A stretch of 64,000 nucleotides of DNA. Source: Styela clava. Its lineage: Eukaryota. The stretch lies in the NCBI RefSeq assembly GCF_964204865.1, contig NC_135257.1, forward strand, positions 15,500,001 through 15,564,000, in the 5' to 3' direction. Under the pieces are notes generated by a model. It did not search any database and had not been told where the DNA came from. It saw nothing but the letters and a program-made list of their open reading frames with translations. The translations under genes were made by a program, and so were the position numbers. Positions 1-12,300 of this stretch are shown here, piece after piece. Position 1 is the stretch's first letter, and each line of letters starts with the position of its first letter.

Positions 1-3000
1 TATTCTGTCCATGCAAACCCAGCGTCAAATCCATCGTATCTATATTCTTCTATGTTTTCAAATGGATTCCAAATTCTAATGTTCTCTCCCGGATCTGTCA
101 CACAACTATTTTGACATTCATACATGGTGGGAAAGTTGTTGTCGTTAGGGTAGCAACCTCCCCACAAAAATGAATGGCATCTTCCATCATGCTTGTCATA
201 GAAAAAACGACGAACGTTGTGTTGACATGGCCCTCTTTTCATTGGTAGAGAACATTTTGGAAAGCATCTTTCTTCACACAATTCCGCGGTTTTGAAGTTG
301 TTCTTGTTACCATGGCAACCCCCGTACGCGAACTTTTTACAGGTTTGTGTGGAAGCATCAAAGTAATATTTTCTTTGGAGCATACGACACGGGCCTGGTT
401 TCATTGGGAGAAAACAGATGTCATGATCTAAATCAGAAAATGTTTTGCATGATAAACGTGCTATTTTAGAAGGATTTTCATTTGCCATCGCGATGCTATA
501 AAATGTTGCCAATAAGTACATATTAACTTTATATTCTGAGCTCAGTTTGCACTAGTGATATTTTTCTTTAAAATCCATTTTATGCCCTATGATGACTTTA
601 CAGCGCATATACGAAAAATCTTATTAAGAAAATGGTATTTTTACATACTTTTTTCATGTTCGTCTTCATTTCTTCGTTCTTTTTTTCGACACGATTTCTC
701 GCATTCTCGTCTTGTCAAAAACCTGTTGGAATTTCCTCCGCAACCACCATAATGAAACATTTCACATCTTTGCCAATTTTCATTGAAATACCATCTTGAA
801 TACCAAGCTCTGCACTCACCAATCTTCACGGGTAACTTACATCGAGCCGGTGTATCTTAATTATAGTGGACATTTCTGTTATTTTTGCAAGAATAGGTAA
901 TAAAATTGGTATAGATTTAGAGATACGTCGCTGTCTCAGTGATCATGATCGATTCAGAAGAATTGCAATGTTTTATAAAACCGATTATTGGGATTTTGAC
1001 AGCAGATTTTCCAGCAAATGATCATCATTAGACTCTCTTGTTTTAATAACCGTGCCAATAGCTCATTTGGCCTATGGTTCGCGTAGATATAAAGTAGAGA
1101 AATTTGGTCAGGCGCGAATTTTTAAAATGAAAACTGAGTGCTAATCGTCATAGAAATATATATTAAGCGCTTTCATTTTGCCAAGATTAGATTGAGTGCT
1201 TCTCACCTTAAGCTTCAGAGGTTATACACATTGAGTTGGATTCGCTCTTATAAAAGAAATCAGTATTTCACCCGGCAATGCGATAGTTGTCTATACTCTT
1301 GTCCAGGCACCGGCAACCTTTTGTCGCTCGTGGGCCAAAATTAATGGTTGTAAGTCATTGGCGATCCACACAAAATTTTAGAAAGTTCAAAACCGAACGT
1401 ATGGCCGATGAATCACAATTTTTCACACAGATCAGAAGTTAAATTTAGAGCAGCGCGCGAAGACTGCGCCAACTTGCGAATTCAACTTGGTCGTCTTACA
1501 TGAAGAGAAAAAGTTACAAATGACATTTCATGTGGCACTTTTTGTTGCATCACGCTTTTCCAAATGGGATGTAGGATGAAGCCACGATTAAAACATTGCA
1601 TAAATGGGAATCACTAATCCGATTTCTCAGCTTGTTTCTTCCTAATGTTCATTTTTGAAAATAATTGTTCGCATGCATATGTACTACAAAACATCGATGT
1701 GAATTTTTTTGCGTGGTTTGTCAAATTTGGATGGAGTTTTCTATGAAGAAGATACTTTTAATAAAAGAGGTCAAGCAGTAATACATCTCCCAAATAGAAT
1801 ATAGATTTACTTCTTCATTGCATCTCAAAAAATTCCATTTGAATATTTTCTGCGCCATTGAACCCTTTGCACTTCTGAACCCTCAACTTTTCTGCGTTAG
1901 GTTACCATTTGTCTAATTATAATTAAATTATAGACCCATCAAACGATCAATTGTGAATTGTATACTTGTTAGATTATAATATAATTTAGTCTACACATGT
2001 CATAGAATGAATTCTATTACTTGAAAAATATCATCGTCAAAACAGCAGTTTTATTAATATAATTCAGTGAAGCGTGGTGGACCGGGTTACATTACTCCGC
2101 GGGCCGTAGGTTGCCGACCCCTGCTCTAGTCTATAGCATGTATTTTAGCAGCTTTGAAGTAACTGGGGATTGTAAAAGTATGTCGTTTTAAAAAGTGTCT
2201 TTCACCTTCAGGGATGCTTTCTATTTTTAATATTAGTAGTAGTAGATAGTGCGGACAGTAGTACATACAAAAAAGTGACATCTTTTTTTGATTTCGTTTA
2301 AAAATATGAACGACAACGTTGCCCTTACAATATACATGTAGTAATACACGAGATATTATTTTTAAAATTGCTAGTTTTGAACTCATTATTACGCTTCGTA
2401 ATGGAGCATGTCACATTTGAATGAGCCGTGTTAATTTAAAAAAAAGTTAATGTCAGGGTAAACAGCTACGTTTGAAATATTGAAGTAATAGTCAAGGTTT
2501 CATGCTGATTTCTGTAATTCGTGTCCGGGTGGAAATGTTACGTCATTAAAAATTTATTGTGACCTTCTGGAACTTGAAATTATCAGCGCCTTTGTAGCGC
2601 ATTGAACTAGACCTAACATCTGTTTGTACGATCTTCGTGTCAAAATAACATTGCGGAAATAAGGCAATATGAGCCCGATTAATGACATCAATGCCAGATA
2701 AATGTTATCCAGCAGGTGTTTAACTTGACACTAAAAGTTGAAATATTGTAAGTCACTGATTATTGCTAAAAAAATTTCCCACGACTTTAAATAAATTTAA
2801 TTGCAAAATAAATTGGCATTTGTCCTTCGTTGTCACGCTATCTAAAGAATCTTTTGAAATCTTGAATATATTGATGGTAAAAATGTCGAGCAACACACTG
2901 GGAAAAAGAGACAATGAAATGATGGGTATGAGAAATCATATTCAAGAAATAAACAAAATTGTTCTCATATCGTGGGAGAATAATGTGGACTGTTTCATAC

Positions 3001-3991
3001 AGAGAGTGTCGGCAGTGAAGATTTCACTGATTTGAAGATTTCACTGATTCACTTCAAAACATTTAGGTACCAACTATCACGCTCATGCAATCGAATTCTA
3101 TTATTGTAAACAAAGGAGGGATGATCAAATATATGTACAAGAAGGTACCACGCTAGTACCAGTAATGCCTTATCTGAGTTAAGTGTTCTCATACGTCATG
3201 AAAAGTGTTCCCATAAATTGAAATAAACGGCAACGTTTTGGTTGAAATATTAGATTTTTTATCACCCAGAGGAAATTAAAAACAGTACTAGAATTCTTGC
3301 AACTATTTTCATCCCTAGGTACCATAAATTTGGAATCGTAAAAAAAAGCAACGTTTTCTCAACGACAACCACAAACCCTACTAACAACAAAAATAATGAC
3401 AATTTGGCTACCCCGACCCCGACTAATTACGGTAACTAAATTTACAGGCCCGAGCCAAAAAATTCATATTTAGGAGTTCTTTGAATTGTGGAGAACATAA
3501 GGGTATAACATGTTCCAGTGCAAACGTAAAGATCTGATCTTGAGTATTTGTGGTTCAACAAATCCTGATAAAATTATATTTTGTATAAAATATAATCTGG
3601 TAAAAAATGACTAAAAGTTAGTATACCCATGCAATCAGCATTGCAGTTACTTTAGATACCATGCAAGCATACCCACCTTTCGATGAGTTACATGTTCATT
3701 ACACCCTGTATCAGCTTGATAAAAAATATTGCTTTCATCGAACATTTTTTAAAATCTATTGTAAAAAAATACTTAAATATACTGTAAATATACTGTATTG
3801 TGAAAAAATTCCTCATTCTCACGCAATACTTAATCTAACATTCAAAATACTCGGATAAATAGGATAGCAAAACAAAGAAAAAAAGACGGATTAAAATATC
3901 AGTAAAATAAATTCTTACCGTGTATGGAAGATACGATCGTTAGATAAGAGATGAACAGCAAAATTGGAACTCCATAAACTGAAATACTCAT
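1..3991 (-). CDS. Secreted three-Kunitz-domain serine protease inhibitor (TFPI-like architecture); 3' end outside the window
   Basis: Coding exons 3991-3919 (signal peptide MSISVYGVPILLFISYLTIVSSIH, donor GTAAG), 855-649 (Kunitz 1: CKLPVKIGECRAWYSRWYFNENWQRCEMFHYGGCGGNSNRFLTRRECEKSC) and 427-1 (Kunitz 2 CFLPMKPGPCRMLQRKYYFD...YGGCHGNKNNF...C; Kunitz 3 CSLPMKRGPCQHNVRRFFYD...WGGCYPNDNNF...C; then a tail). Both introns are phase 1 with canonical sites. A 5'UTR donor (GTGAGT) lies at 4140. Confidence 0.93.
1304..2123. mobile_element. Non-autonomous hAT-type element in the Kunitz gene intron
   Basis: Ends CAGGCACCGGCAACC ... GGTTGCCGACCCCTG; flanks CTCTTGTC / CTCTAGTC (8-bp TSD, 7/8 match). Confidence 0.7.
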
Positions 3992-6175
3992 AATTTTAAG
4001 CAGATTTCTGTCTGAGAAAATATAAAATAGTACTTGAACATTTTGTGCATAAACTCGGGCACAGTATTTCTAACATAGGTAGCCAACAGTACAATAAACT
4101 TGAATTGTAACTTGATCGAAAAACCTAACCAGTTACTCACGAATTACAGAAATATGAACTACTAGCTGCCTGTACGCTTTTAATGTGTCAGCGTTGCTGT
4201 TATTGCAATCGAGAAGTTTGAATCGAGTTATGAATGAAAGGTCTTCCAAGAAGGTCCAGTTCATTGAAACTGGTCATTACGAACTCGCTCATTCCAAATT
4301 TGTATGAGCGACCTTTTATTACTTCCTCATCAATAACTATATTATGTTGTTTAGCATTGGGCAAAGATGGTTTGCTTTTGTATATCCATGAAACTTCCTA
4401 AACATTTTGATTACTTCCTCCATTTCATCAAAGTTAAAAGAAAGTAATAAAAATATGGAATGCATAATATTAAATGAATGTGTAGGTCTTTTGATGCAAA
4501 AATGGGTTATGGCTTTAATATGAATTATATTTATTTTTTGGAATAGGCTGGATATGAAAATCCGAATAAACTTTGAATAAATAATTTTTTGACAAATATT
4601 TGGTAGTTTCAATTTCCAATAACCCAAGTTTTATTTTTTGATAAAAACTTTAATACATGCGCTATACGCAAAGAACAACTATGGCACAAAGAATTGAAAG
4701 GACAGTTATTTTCCACATATTCAGACTATCGTGTCAATATGACCATGTTTTCCCACTGAATTTGAACTTCAAATAACTGGTTGATACTGAATGTTTTGCA
4801 CTCTTACATTATATCATAAAATTTCAAGTCCAAGTCAATATCGTTATTTGGTCTAACCCAGCATTTAGCCAGGTGTACAACATACTGATGATTATTTTCT
4901 AATTAAAGATATGGGGGGGGGGGTGACTATCGTATCGGTAAACAACAATTTTCCCACGACTCAAAACAAAATTGTAATAATAGTTTGCAAATGGAACGTT
5001 ATCACGCATCTGAAGAAAAAAAATCATTATGCAAAAAGTATAAAAACAGTTGTCAGAAATCACGAAAGTCGACAAAAATATTTCATGTATGAGAAGCGTA
5101 GTAAGATATGAAGAGATTCCGAGTTGCATTTTAAAGCAATAAACTTTTGAACAGGTCTGGTAGACTCAAAATCCTGTTATTCTGTGATGCCAGCCGCGCT
5201 ATGCAATTTTATTAACTCCACTAACTCCTGCAAATGTAACTAAATACTTGTTACTGGCTTAGTTTATGAACCCAAGTCTACTGGAGCATGTAGGTTATTT
5301 ATTCAAAGTCGCAAATTAAAACAAAAAATCAGAAATACTTTTTTCAAATAAACATTAAAACAACATCAAATAACCTTTGGCAGTGTGTGAGATCTGTACC
5401 ACGATTGAGATGACTTGAAAACACGAGTTGAACGTTGAACATAAGACGTTGACCAACTAGTTTTGTGCAGAATTACTGGAGACAATTGTAATTGATATTA
5501 AACTCACTTGTGTGAACCTTAGTACTTGTCATTTTGAAATAATTCTGACATTGTGTAAGCTTCAATATGCTTGGGCTGAGTTTGAAAGCTAGCAAACACC
5601 TTACACGAAAACGAACAAGGGCATTTTTCGTCAAGGAAAAATTATTGGACGCAAAGTGAACCTCTGGATCGGTTTGTTGGATTGTTGTTGCTGTTGGTAT
5701 TCCTCATGTTGTCGTTGGTGTGAAAACATCGCTGCTACAGGACTAGTTACTCTGACATTTTTAGTGGTTAAAGATTGTTGTTATCGCTAAAAGACTACAA
5801 CTTTTATTTATGTCTTGAATTTCTGTAGATGGGATTCGTTTTTTTAATTTAAACGTTCGCGTGATGATGTCATCAACATCAATAACTGAGTTTTTGTTAA
5901 GGTTATAGAGATATATAAGATATAGAGATAGATAATGTAAGAGATATGATGCTACTTTGGTTTGGTATTCGTGCTCATATATTTGAGCATTTCTCTCATG
6001 TTTCAATTAGGAAAATTTGGTTAGTAATAACTAGATTATTCCTCAATGATTTGCTGATCATATTTTACATTGCTTTCTTTTTGAAATATATATACAATAT
6101 ATATACAAACAATTTAATATATATTTTTCAATTATATCAAGATTCTTGAGCAATTACAAGAAATAAATACATTAA

Positions 6176-7568
6176 ATGGAGAGGTTCATCGTTGAAGGCC
6201 ATCCCGAAGAAAATGAGTTCGAAATTGCACAACCAAGTTCTGAAGATTTGCGTATTTGGAGCAACAAAACAATCCTTATTTTTTCTAGGACTGTTTCGGT
6301 AAAAGAATCTCCCGAACATCGTAACTACTGGCATCTGGAAAGAACAAAACATGACAATATGGTTTTTTGGAGTTTTTATCTCATGCGTGGCTCTAAGAAA
6401 TATTATCTTACGTTCCGTAAACGTGAATTAATGTTCCTGGCTGAGGACAAAGGGAAATCGGAAAACAGGTGACGGTGAATTAAAACACAATCTCTTTTTT
6501 CTTTGTTTTTTAATTTCGGTATTTGTTATATTTTACTTGTCCAATCTATGATTTTATTAAAGAGTAGAACAAGATGAACCATAAAACTTGATTCGTTTTG
6601 TCGTAGGTAGTTTATTTAATCTACTCTTTGTGTAATAATCAAAGTTTGTTTTCTAGATTGTTTCAATTACTCTTGCGATCTAATGGGAGTGTGTGCATCA
6701 GACAGGTCATTCTGGTTACCACCACAGTCAGACAAGATTTTTGAAGACCGACCAGGAAAATCAGCTTGTTATGGTTCCAGAAACAAATCTTGGGACAGAA
6801 TATGAGTGGTTTATATTAAAAAAACGCAGTGACATAGAAAAGTAAGTAGTTCAATCTTTTGCGTACTTCAAACTTCAATAATTCTTTTTTGCTTTTTCAT
6901 ACTATAAGTGTTAATATTTTAGTGCCACCAAAATGCTCCATTATGTTGAAATGGTTGCCTCCCATGAATCAAAAAAGTGGATAAGTCAAGGTGTGCTTCC
7001 TCATTCCGAGATTCAAGTGAATCAAACCGGCATCAAGCATGAATGGGAAGTTACAATAGGAGATAAATGGACGTTTGCCGCCGGACGTTATCACGCAATT
7101 CAAACTACAATTAGTGAGATTGACGTAGTGCACTTGGAGGAAGTTGCTGACGAAAATCAAGAAAGGTTGGTTATATAATATTTTAAATGACACGTCTTGT
7201 TTTATTTATTTTCCTCTCTTAATTTTTCTCCCCCTTTATGATATTCCTTTGATGATCTTTTTACTTTGTCTTTTTCAGTCTTCATTAATTATCATTTGAA
7301 TACAATTGACAACAGTTTTATACTATTTTACAGTCGATTGTTTCCTGCGGAGGGAGTAGAGTCAGTAGAGTACTTGTTTCAATCTCCGTCCAATACTGAG
7401 AAATATCTTGCTCTCGGCAATACGGTCGTTGTGTTGAGACCTGGCAAGACCAATGCTACGAGATGGCAACCAATAGAGGCGCGAATATCATATTTCGGAG
7501 AAAATGACGAAACGTTATTTTATCCTCCTGTCGGTGGTCGGCGTCACTCGTCCTCCTCCTCTTCATCT
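6176..7568 (+). CDS. Leaderless protein with two putative beta-trefoil domains (IL-1/FGF/fascin-like fold); 1-nt frameshift in exon 2; 3' end in a gap
   Basis: Exons 6176-6468, 6657-6841, 6923-7165 and 7334->7568 are joined by three phase-2 GT-AG introns. The product has six ~40-aa repeats of trefoil pattern (e.g. WSFYLMRGSKKYYLTF...RLFQL, TRFLKTD...EWFIL, YLFQSPSNTEKYLAL...TRWQPI). The frame breaks between 6684 and 6742. The fold is assigned from pattern only. Confidence 0.6.
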
Positions 7569-7758
7569 NNNNNNNNNNNNNNNNNNNNNNNNNNNNNNNN
7601 NNNNNNNNNNNNNNNNNNNNNNNNNNNNNNNNNNNNNNNNNNNNNNNNNNNNNNNNNNNNNNNNNNNNNNNNNNNNNNNNNNNNNNNNNNNNNNNNNNNN
7701 NNNNNNNNNNNNNNNNNNNNNNNNNNNNNNNNNNNNNNNNNNNNNNNNNNNNNNNNNN
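7569..7758. other. Assembly gap (190 N)
   Basis: Run of N directly after a TCC/TCT Ser-codon repeat. Confidence 1.
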
Positions 7759-9183
7759 AAACGTAAATTTAAAGTATGAATTACATGTTGCAGGTTCAAC
7801 GTAAATATTGTACTATTTCAACCTTGTTTTAAATTTGGTTCAATTCCGGCAAATTACATCAATTTAACTAGTCGAAATAAAATGCTTAGTGTATTTTGAA
7901 CACATCCATTAGTTAATCCAAATTATTATTTCAGTATAAAACAACTGAATGCTATTTATATATATATTGGCAAATATGAGTTACCTTCATTTTCTGATGG
8001 CTAATTGTACTATCGTAGGCCTTTATTTGGCGCAATGCTGTCGCATTGATTTCAAGCATTGCTGAAGGTTTGCCTCGACGATTTAAAAGCCTAATGGTTT
8101 CCAAAATTTTATCCCTGATAAGGATCTATATATATATATGTTCAATATGTTTCAACTTGTGACGACTGAAGAGTGTAGTATGCTCATCATATTTATTTGC
8201 TGATGTATACAATATCCGATACATCGAATGTTGCTCAAGGGTTACTTTTCATTGTGTCGAATGAATATTCTTTGAGCTAATGGTATTTTTGTATTGGTAT
8301 AAAATATTTAAACTCACATATACTCCTATCTGCAATTGATTTTGTTTTATTCATGTTCGTTTTTTTTGTCAGTAAATGAACGAATGGTTTATTTCAACAT
8401 GTATTAGCTTTTCATCAATAGCTGTATTATTCTTGTTTTTGATGGTATTATTTCAAAACCAGGTTAAACCTGCTTGATATTTTTTATTTAATTAATCTAT
8501 CACATATATTTGTAATTAGTCACAGGTAATACTAACAATAAATTCAACAGAATAATGGAAAGTCAAGCGTATGGTATCTTCATGTATTCTATACAAGTGG
8601 TTTCTGAATAGGCAGACAGGCTTTTTAATTCTATAAAAGATAGTTAGTTGCTTCCAGTCATATTTAGCGTAATTACATTCAAAAATAAGTTTCGGAAACT
8701 GATCTTTCAATCCGATTCCATGTCCAATTTATGTGTGTTGCCATAGGCAACTTGACCCTCTAAAACTCCTAAGTCTTGTTACTTACCAGTTACACGTTTA
8801 TTTGCTGAGTATTATGAATACTTTTTCGCGGTTGTGAGACATTGATTAAGCCAATAAACGCTTGTGGTAGAAGGTAATAGATCAGAGAGAAAGCAAATAG
8901 CAGGCATCATCTTTTTTGCATCCATGTTGGCAGTTATTAAATCGCAACTGTAGTATAGTCTACTCTAGACCAAGGTTTCTCAAACTGCCTCCACCTCCGC
9001 TTGGGCGACAAATTGATTTTCCGATGTCCCATAGACAAAGGTCTTCAAAAGGAGCGTACGGATCATGCAAGTTTGAGAATAACTGGTTTTGACAGAACAC
9101 TAGCCACTAGACCCTGTAGAAAAAGATCGATCGGTTTTGAATTCGAAATTCGAAACGATCTTCTTGTTTTACATTCCCTATAT

Positions 9184-9338
9184 CAGTGCTTCCCAGCCTG
9201 GGGCCCGTGTTCCATCGGATTTGGAATCTACCAATCAAAGTAACACTATAAATACCACTGGAATGATAAACAAGAATGCCATGAGGGCTAAGATCCTCCA
9301 GCAAGGTGCCACGAGATATAAAAGGTTGGGAACCAGTG
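9184..9338. mobile_element. Short hAT-type MITE
   Basis: CAGTGCTTCCCAGCCT ... AGGTTGGGAACCAGTG; degenerate 8-bp TSD CCCTATAT/CTCTATAC. Confidence 0.55.
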
Positions 9339-12300
9339 CTCTATACCTTTACATACACTCAAAACGTTAAACTGTATATTGTATATTAAATTGTACATTA
9401 AATGGAATAAAGATATTTTCAGCGTGTTGGACTAGGCTTGATCTTTTTATAACCGGGGTTGATATACTGTTTTGATATTGCTTCATAGTTATCGTGAAAC
9501 CGGCAAAAAGTAGGATAAGGAGGAATTTGCAATTCGACCAACCCCCACCTCCCTTTTTTTTAAACTTCGCCTTAAGATTCAAAGCAATCTTGACCTACAA
9601 GATGTAAAAAGCACAAAACTCAGCAGGATCGAATCGAACATTCCGATTTGAGACTTATATTATCTGTAGGCAAATGCAAAGCAAGTAATAGTTCGACAAT
9701 TAGTTTTGCGCAAGTTTTTTTGCGTTTAATGTGATCTACGCATATAAATGATGTGATTGCGATTTCAAAATGCTTCAATGCACTTTCAATCATATTTTTA
9801 AGAATTCCATACAAGCTGGAGAGTTTATAATATTTGAAGTAGATTTCTGCAAGCATAACATCACGCGCTTTATCGACTTATTATTGAGCGTTATGTTAGT
9901 GCAATTAATTGATTATTATTATTTCCGTTAGCAAGAAATTATTTTCAAATATATTTACCAAATTTTGACCACTGGCCTCTTTTTAACAATATTTTTTTTT
10001 CATCAAATAACATCAAATAATTATTATGGAGCAAAATTTAGTAAAATAAAATGGAAAATTGCATGCAGCGAACAAAATCGTTTGTCGGTTTACGTACCGT
10101 GCTTGTCAGGGCTCTGTATTTGTCGGTCTAGGTTCCCGCCTGATGTCTAATATTAATTCTACCATGCAGATTTCTACGTTCGGGCATATAAATACAACCG
10201 CAACAAACATTATTTCAAATCTTGCGGCATGAGACAGATATGATAATGCACATGACATGTTTACTGTCGTTAAATTCACGCACGAATATGAACAAATAAT
10301 AGAATTTGTCTCTTTGAATTCGTACATCGTCATAAACTACGAGAATTTCAATTTTTTTTTTTTTAGTTGTTTAACAATTCAGCGAACAGACATAATTGTA
10401 ATGTAGCATTTCTGAAAAGTATGTTGTACTTCTAAATCATCTCACAAACCTATAATGATTTACGTCATTTGCAATTCATAATACTGTAAACAACGTGGTA
10501 CCGCGGGCATACAATTTATTGAATGGGCCTACACTAGGTCCCAAGAAAAATGTATGGCTGAAATTGAACCGGGGATTGGGAGTTCAACTTGACAATATGA
10601 TAATCAGACTTCTGGATTTAGTTTAGTCATTAACACTTTTACCACTTTTACTGTGTTTTTCGTATTAATAAAAAGAAAACGTTTTCGTAATCCTAAAAAA
10701 TTGTTAATAAAGATTGTGTGGGTTTAAGATTTCTTTTGGCACTGAAAATGTGCCACAAGAGAACCGTTGGTTTATTTTATGATATGCACTTGCGCTGGCC
10801 AAGCGGGGAGGGACCCCCAACTTGATTTGTCAAATCCAATTAAAAATAGGTTGTATAATGTATAAAGTAAAAAGGTTACTTTGTTTATCCTTGCTTCAAT
10901 AACAGAAAGTGAAGTAGTATTTGTATTTGCTCCCCCCCCACAACTATCCAATTCGGCTCTGTACGTACAAGCGTTATCATGTACATTTTCATGGAATGTT
11001 CGGAGGCTATGTAGGGGATCGTGCAGTTGGACGTTGACTTAATGTGAAGTGTTGGCACTAATCGCGATGGAACACAGAATTTCAACTTACAATTTCCATT
11101 CTCGAGACGCAATCGCTATTTCCTGGCGTTTTCGGAAAATGGAATAAAAATGTTTCATATTTATCATGAATAAGTTTTGATTGAGAACCAAAACACTTAA
11201 TGGAGCCAATTGATTTTTTGTTTTGTTTTTTTTGTTTTTCATATACACCAAATTTATCACAATAAGTAGAAAGCACAATTTAATTGGTTAAAACAACTTC
11301 ATAAAAACACCTAAATTCATTATTTACTACTCATCATAAATATGGGTTTCACATCAAAGCATACGAGTTTTTATAAATATTGAATAAAGTTGTTATTTTA
11401 ATGTTTTCAGAGATAGGATGTTTAATAATTTGTTATATTGCAACCCTTAACTACGCTTTTCGCTCAGAGCAAGGCTCTATGCAATTAGCTATAGGGTGAA
11501 GTGCGTGCATGGGATTGAGATGAGTCAACACAATTAAGCCTAATGCTTCAACCGCTCAGCCATCCAGTCATATTTTCATGCGAAATGAAAACAGCAATGT
11601 TGAACGTTCGGTCGTTATTTCAAGCATCCAGTGCAATATCTTCACATACTAATTTGATATATTCTAATTGCATTAGGTAATTTCTTTTGGAATCCTTATT
11701 TCTGTTGAAAACAAGATCCCATGGTTCGAAAGACTGTGACGTCATACTATATTCCCTTATGTACCTATGATGTCTTGTGATTTCCATCGCGAGGTGTCAG
11801 AACCTACGCTTTATGTAAAATTAATGATTGCTATATTCATCAAAATTTTGAAAAATCACTAACTATAATTAAATCAGGAAATTGTTTTTGAATATCCGAA
11901 AAATTTAATCCCAAAATTATTTCTACGAGACAATTCACACAATCCTATGTATTGGATGACGCCATTTTACCTCATATTTATTTCATGAGTAATTCAATAC
12001 AAACCAAATTAAATTCATCGAGATTGAATTTCGTGGATTTTATTGAATCAGAAACAAATAATCGGACAAAAAATCTCAGAGCATACTCACGAAAAGGATT
12101 AGAAGATTTAACCCGTGTTTTCCAGTTATTCAACATAGAAATATAAATATTTTACAAAATTTTCCAGATCTTCATAATAAGCAATTGTTTGGGTGTAATT
12201 TTTGAACCATGACTTGGTTTTGAATGTGAATAGTTTAGTTGAGTGTACTGTAATCATGTTTTCACTTTTCGCTTCTCCCCAAGGAGAAATTAAGATCGTG

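Noticed and set aside
150-175. Apparent frameshift in Kunitz domain 3
   Set aside because: Recounting gives four G on the - strand (TGG GGA GGT TGC), so the frame is intact.
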